64,000 nt of DNA, taken from Polyangium spumosum. Lineage in GTDB: Bacteria > Myxococcota_A > Polyangia > Polyangiales > Polyangiaceae. Position 1 is the stretch's first letter; the number at the start of each line of letters is the position of its first letter. A program made the translations under genes and the position numbers. Below the pieces are notes generated by a model, which searched no databases, was not told where the DNA came from, and was given only the letters and a program-made list of their open reading frames with translations. The stretch spans positions 32,685 through 96,684 of the forward strand of contig NZ_WJIE01000009.1 in NCBI RefSeq assembly GCF_009649845.1, given 5' to 3'. Below, piece after piece: positions 62,801 to 64,000 of this stretch.

Positions 62801-63977
62801 GGCGCGCGTCGATCTCGGCGGCGCCGCGGAGGAGTTTGTCACGCTCGTCGTCGATCGAGGTGTCGGGGACCTCGACCTCGAGCAAGCGGATCGCCGCCTC
62901 CGTGAGGAGGAGCGCGGCGCGCGTGCCGGGCTCGATCGACTGCGCGAGGCCCGCGAGCACGCTCGACGCGGTCGCGGCGTCGGCGCCGGTGGCGCGCGCG
63001 CGCGCGGCGCCTTCGTGGGCAGGATCGGCCTGGCGGGCGCGATCGTAGCCCTCGGCGGCGAACTCCGCGTCGCCCGCGAGCTCGGCGAGCAGCGCGCTCG
63101 CGAGCGCGCTGTCGCGATCCCCATCCTGCTCGCCGCGCCAGGCAGCGACCGCGCGGGCGACCTTGGCGCCGGCCTTCGACTCGAGGTCGAGCTCGAGCTT
63201 GAGGGCGCGGCCCGCGCCGCTGTCCGCGGCGTACTCGGTGTAGCCGAGGATCGCCGCCGCGAGCGCGTCACACTCGCCGAGGGGTTTGCCGTCCGCGCGC
63301 GCGTCGCCGAGGGCCCGGCCGAGCGAAGCGGAGGCGCGCGCGGCAGGGCTGCCCGCGCCGATGACGCCGTCCGAAGGCGCGTCGGCCTCGCGTGAAGCCG
63401 CGCTCGCCGCGGCGAGCAGCGGCGCGAGCTCGTCGTCGCCCGCGGCCGCCTCGACGGCCTGGTCGAAGAGCTCACGCGAGCCGCCCGTGAGCGCCGTCAG
63501 CGAGAGGCGGTCGGCGGCCGAGAACGCGATCGTGTCGCTGCCCTCCATGGCCGCGCGCGCCGCGGCGGCGTCGCCGAGCTCGATCGCGCGGGCCGCGAGG
63601 GCGCGCCGCGCGTCGGCGTCGTGCGTGCCGTCGAGCGCGCCGCGCAGGGCGTCGATGGAGCCGGGGCGCGTGTCCTTGCGCGCCGCCGCGAGCATGCCCG
63701 CGAGCCAGCCCGCGCCGCCCTTGAGGGACGCGGTGCTGCGCAGGCGGCCGAGGCTCGAGACCGCGAGGGCGACGTCCCCCGCCTCGAGCGCGGCGCGCGA
63801 GCGGAGGAGCGCGTCGTACGCGGAGACGACGCCGCGGAGGCCACGCGGCACGACGCCGCGGTGGATCGCGACCTGCGTGAACGCGTCGCGCAGCGCCGAG
63901 AGCTCGCTCGCCTCGGGCGCGCGGACCTTCGTGAAGCTGTCGTCCGCGCTGGCGAGCGCCTCGCAGAAGCGCTGCAC
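59832..63977 (-). CDS. giant TPR-repeat protein (>1381 aa; the 5' end may lie beyond the window)
   Basis: Continuous Ala/Leu/Glu/Arg-rich helical repeats with TPR-like periodicity (e.g. AEQAWIRLARL..., ELYMRLGDLYNG...). Confidence 0.75.
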   Translation of the reverse strand: MQRFCEALASADDSFTKVRAPEASELSALRDAFTQVAIHRGVVPRGLRGVVSAYDALLRSRAALEAGDVALAVSSLGRLRSTASLKGGAGWLAGMLAAARKDTRPGSIDALRGALDGTHDADARRALAARAIELGDAAAARAAMEGSDTIAFSAADRLSLTALTGGSRELFDQAVEAAAGDDELAPLLAAASAASREADAPSDGVIGAGSPAARASASLGRALGDARADGKPLGECDALAAAILGYTEYAADSGAGRALKLELDLESKAGAKVARAVAAWRGEQDGDRDSALASALLAELAGDAEFAAEGYDRARQADPAHEGAARARATGADAATASSVLAGLAQSIEPGTRAALLLTEAAIRLLEVEVPDTSIDDERDKLLRGAAEIDARLPLSVHLGERTARGVGDRDGLIEWLQLRRQASEDPIEQARDFVREALITPEGAAHGARLLAQALGARPDDIGLRELYERLSPERPADRASWRAERAAASTGSDAARFSLEAALEYERDGDLEKAAALARQAIGAGETLLAPLCAYRAALAGHGTAELVDGLLQYARSTEDPVERLQSYERLAELDELGRGDAASGLLWRRTILEETPTHLPTLRRVASALIAGGRDEELEPVAFTLATTLEGPEAIAHAHLSARLRLRIHGWDETREPVEIAYRNQPRGLWALRQMAAHARARGDEATALEADLELANRTERASEIATLALRAAESAARAGEGEKARELLEKAIELVPGHLVVHLERARALEQAGDAVGAATALEGAAQTSATNEERVRNLYLAAVLWADKTPETERARGALESVFAVDPSYLDVFQRLQAIYVASGARAELAALLERRLDAVTDPAERVEMEVLRGRALADVGDAAAAKQALAAALDQNPDHVEALTAFADVCAKEEDWGGAEQAWIRLARLVAEPERQAELYMRLGDLYNGPLPNAERAELSYQEVLKRFANDEPARERLVDLYKNLGDTAKALEQQTILINNVEEPDAKCRRTTQLAEIYEAMGDLKKAEQTLLQARKTWPKDDVALGALASFYQRTDQAQAANVLLDRAVADARRALGTGRFEPYLFSTVATVADLRGRPEVARIARGSVAALDGGAVELAGAGAAAGDASLDELVAPDVMTPAFRDLLQRTGPMLDTAVPFDTTSVRATPFPPPQAQLAEEIKDLGRAYGLDDLKVLQSSTLGLVCVAASAHPATIVLGAPLVNATNEAVRAFLIHRALKVVQANATAFSRTAPIDLWPLLAAYLKALSPGFAPQGVDPAKLNDASARVAKALPASLDPQVQTLATDVIASIGNRASTLNTAVNGWGARAGLLAVGDPNIALQGIAWAGGHTNQPPASGKERLTWIGRNAEARELIVFSVSDAYADARARLGLD

Positions 63978-64000
63978 GTGCGGGCGCGGATCCGCGGCGT

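Noticed and set aside
59703-63395. 1230-aa plus-strand ORF opposite the giant TPR gene
   Set aside because: Antisense of the TPR gene with low-complexity composition. The TPR frame has coherent helical repeats.

Overview
This is a 64 kb window of very high-GC (~70%) DNA. A MYXO-CTERM-type sorting signal, many lipoproteins and giant Ser/Thr-kinase/NTPase/TPR proteins point to a myxobacterial (Myxococcota/Polyangia-like) chromosome. Because of the GC content the six-frame track is full of long antisense artefact ORFs. I kept only ORFs whose translation shows recognisable family motifs, signal peptides or GC3-biased codon usage.

Housekeeping and ordinary genes:
- beta-carbonic anhydrase, an MFS transporter, an isochorismatase-family hydrolase and Lon protease;
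- a DSD1/alanine-racemase-like PLP enzyme, an N6-adenine/YfiC-like methyltransferase and PhoD;
- an OmpA-family lipoprotein and a zinc-ribbon/PDZ membrane protein;
- a fungalysin (M36)-like metalloprotease with PA and PKD domains plus MYXO-CTERM;
- a secreted HAD phosphatase, an FGE/SUMF1-family lipoprotein, a giant TPR protein and a TetR regulator.

Unusual content:
1. Three paralogous ~1300-aa Ser/Thr kinase + STAND/AAA NTPase + TPR proteins. Two of them bracket an array of three paralogous lipoproteins whose N-termini carry variable-number 15-bp tandem repeats (pentapeptide NALNM / NSLAL units). One paralog also carries a 16-residue poly-Asp trinucleotide tract.
2. A ~7 kb mobile island (about 18.4-25.3 kb). 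It has two tandem modules, each [22-bp direct-repeat block + HTH gene + small overlapping gene + different low-GC cargo gene + IS1-family transposase], with the two IS1 copies in inverted orientation. The right edge of the island appears to have truncated the 5' end of a lipoprotein gene.
3. A tandem duplicated two-gene cassette (T1-I1-T2-I2, 25.2-27.9 kb). Each pair is a lipoprotein with a hydrophobic segment, an Asp tract and a divergent Cys-rich C-terminal ~60 aa, translationally coupled (GTGA / ATGA overlaps) to a conserved ~190-aa cytoplasmic partner. The layout resembles a polymorphic toxin/immunity or effector/chaperone pair.
4. A clear homolog of the eukaryotic major vault protein (936 aa). 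It has multiple blocks of similarity to human MVP, including the repeat region, the shoulder/SPFH-like region and the cap-helix coiled coil. It appears to sit in an operon with a MutS-domain-V ATPase (no Smr domain) and a signal-peptide (possibly outer-membrane) protein, divergent from an M23 peptidase.

No rRNA, tRNA or CRISPR was seen.
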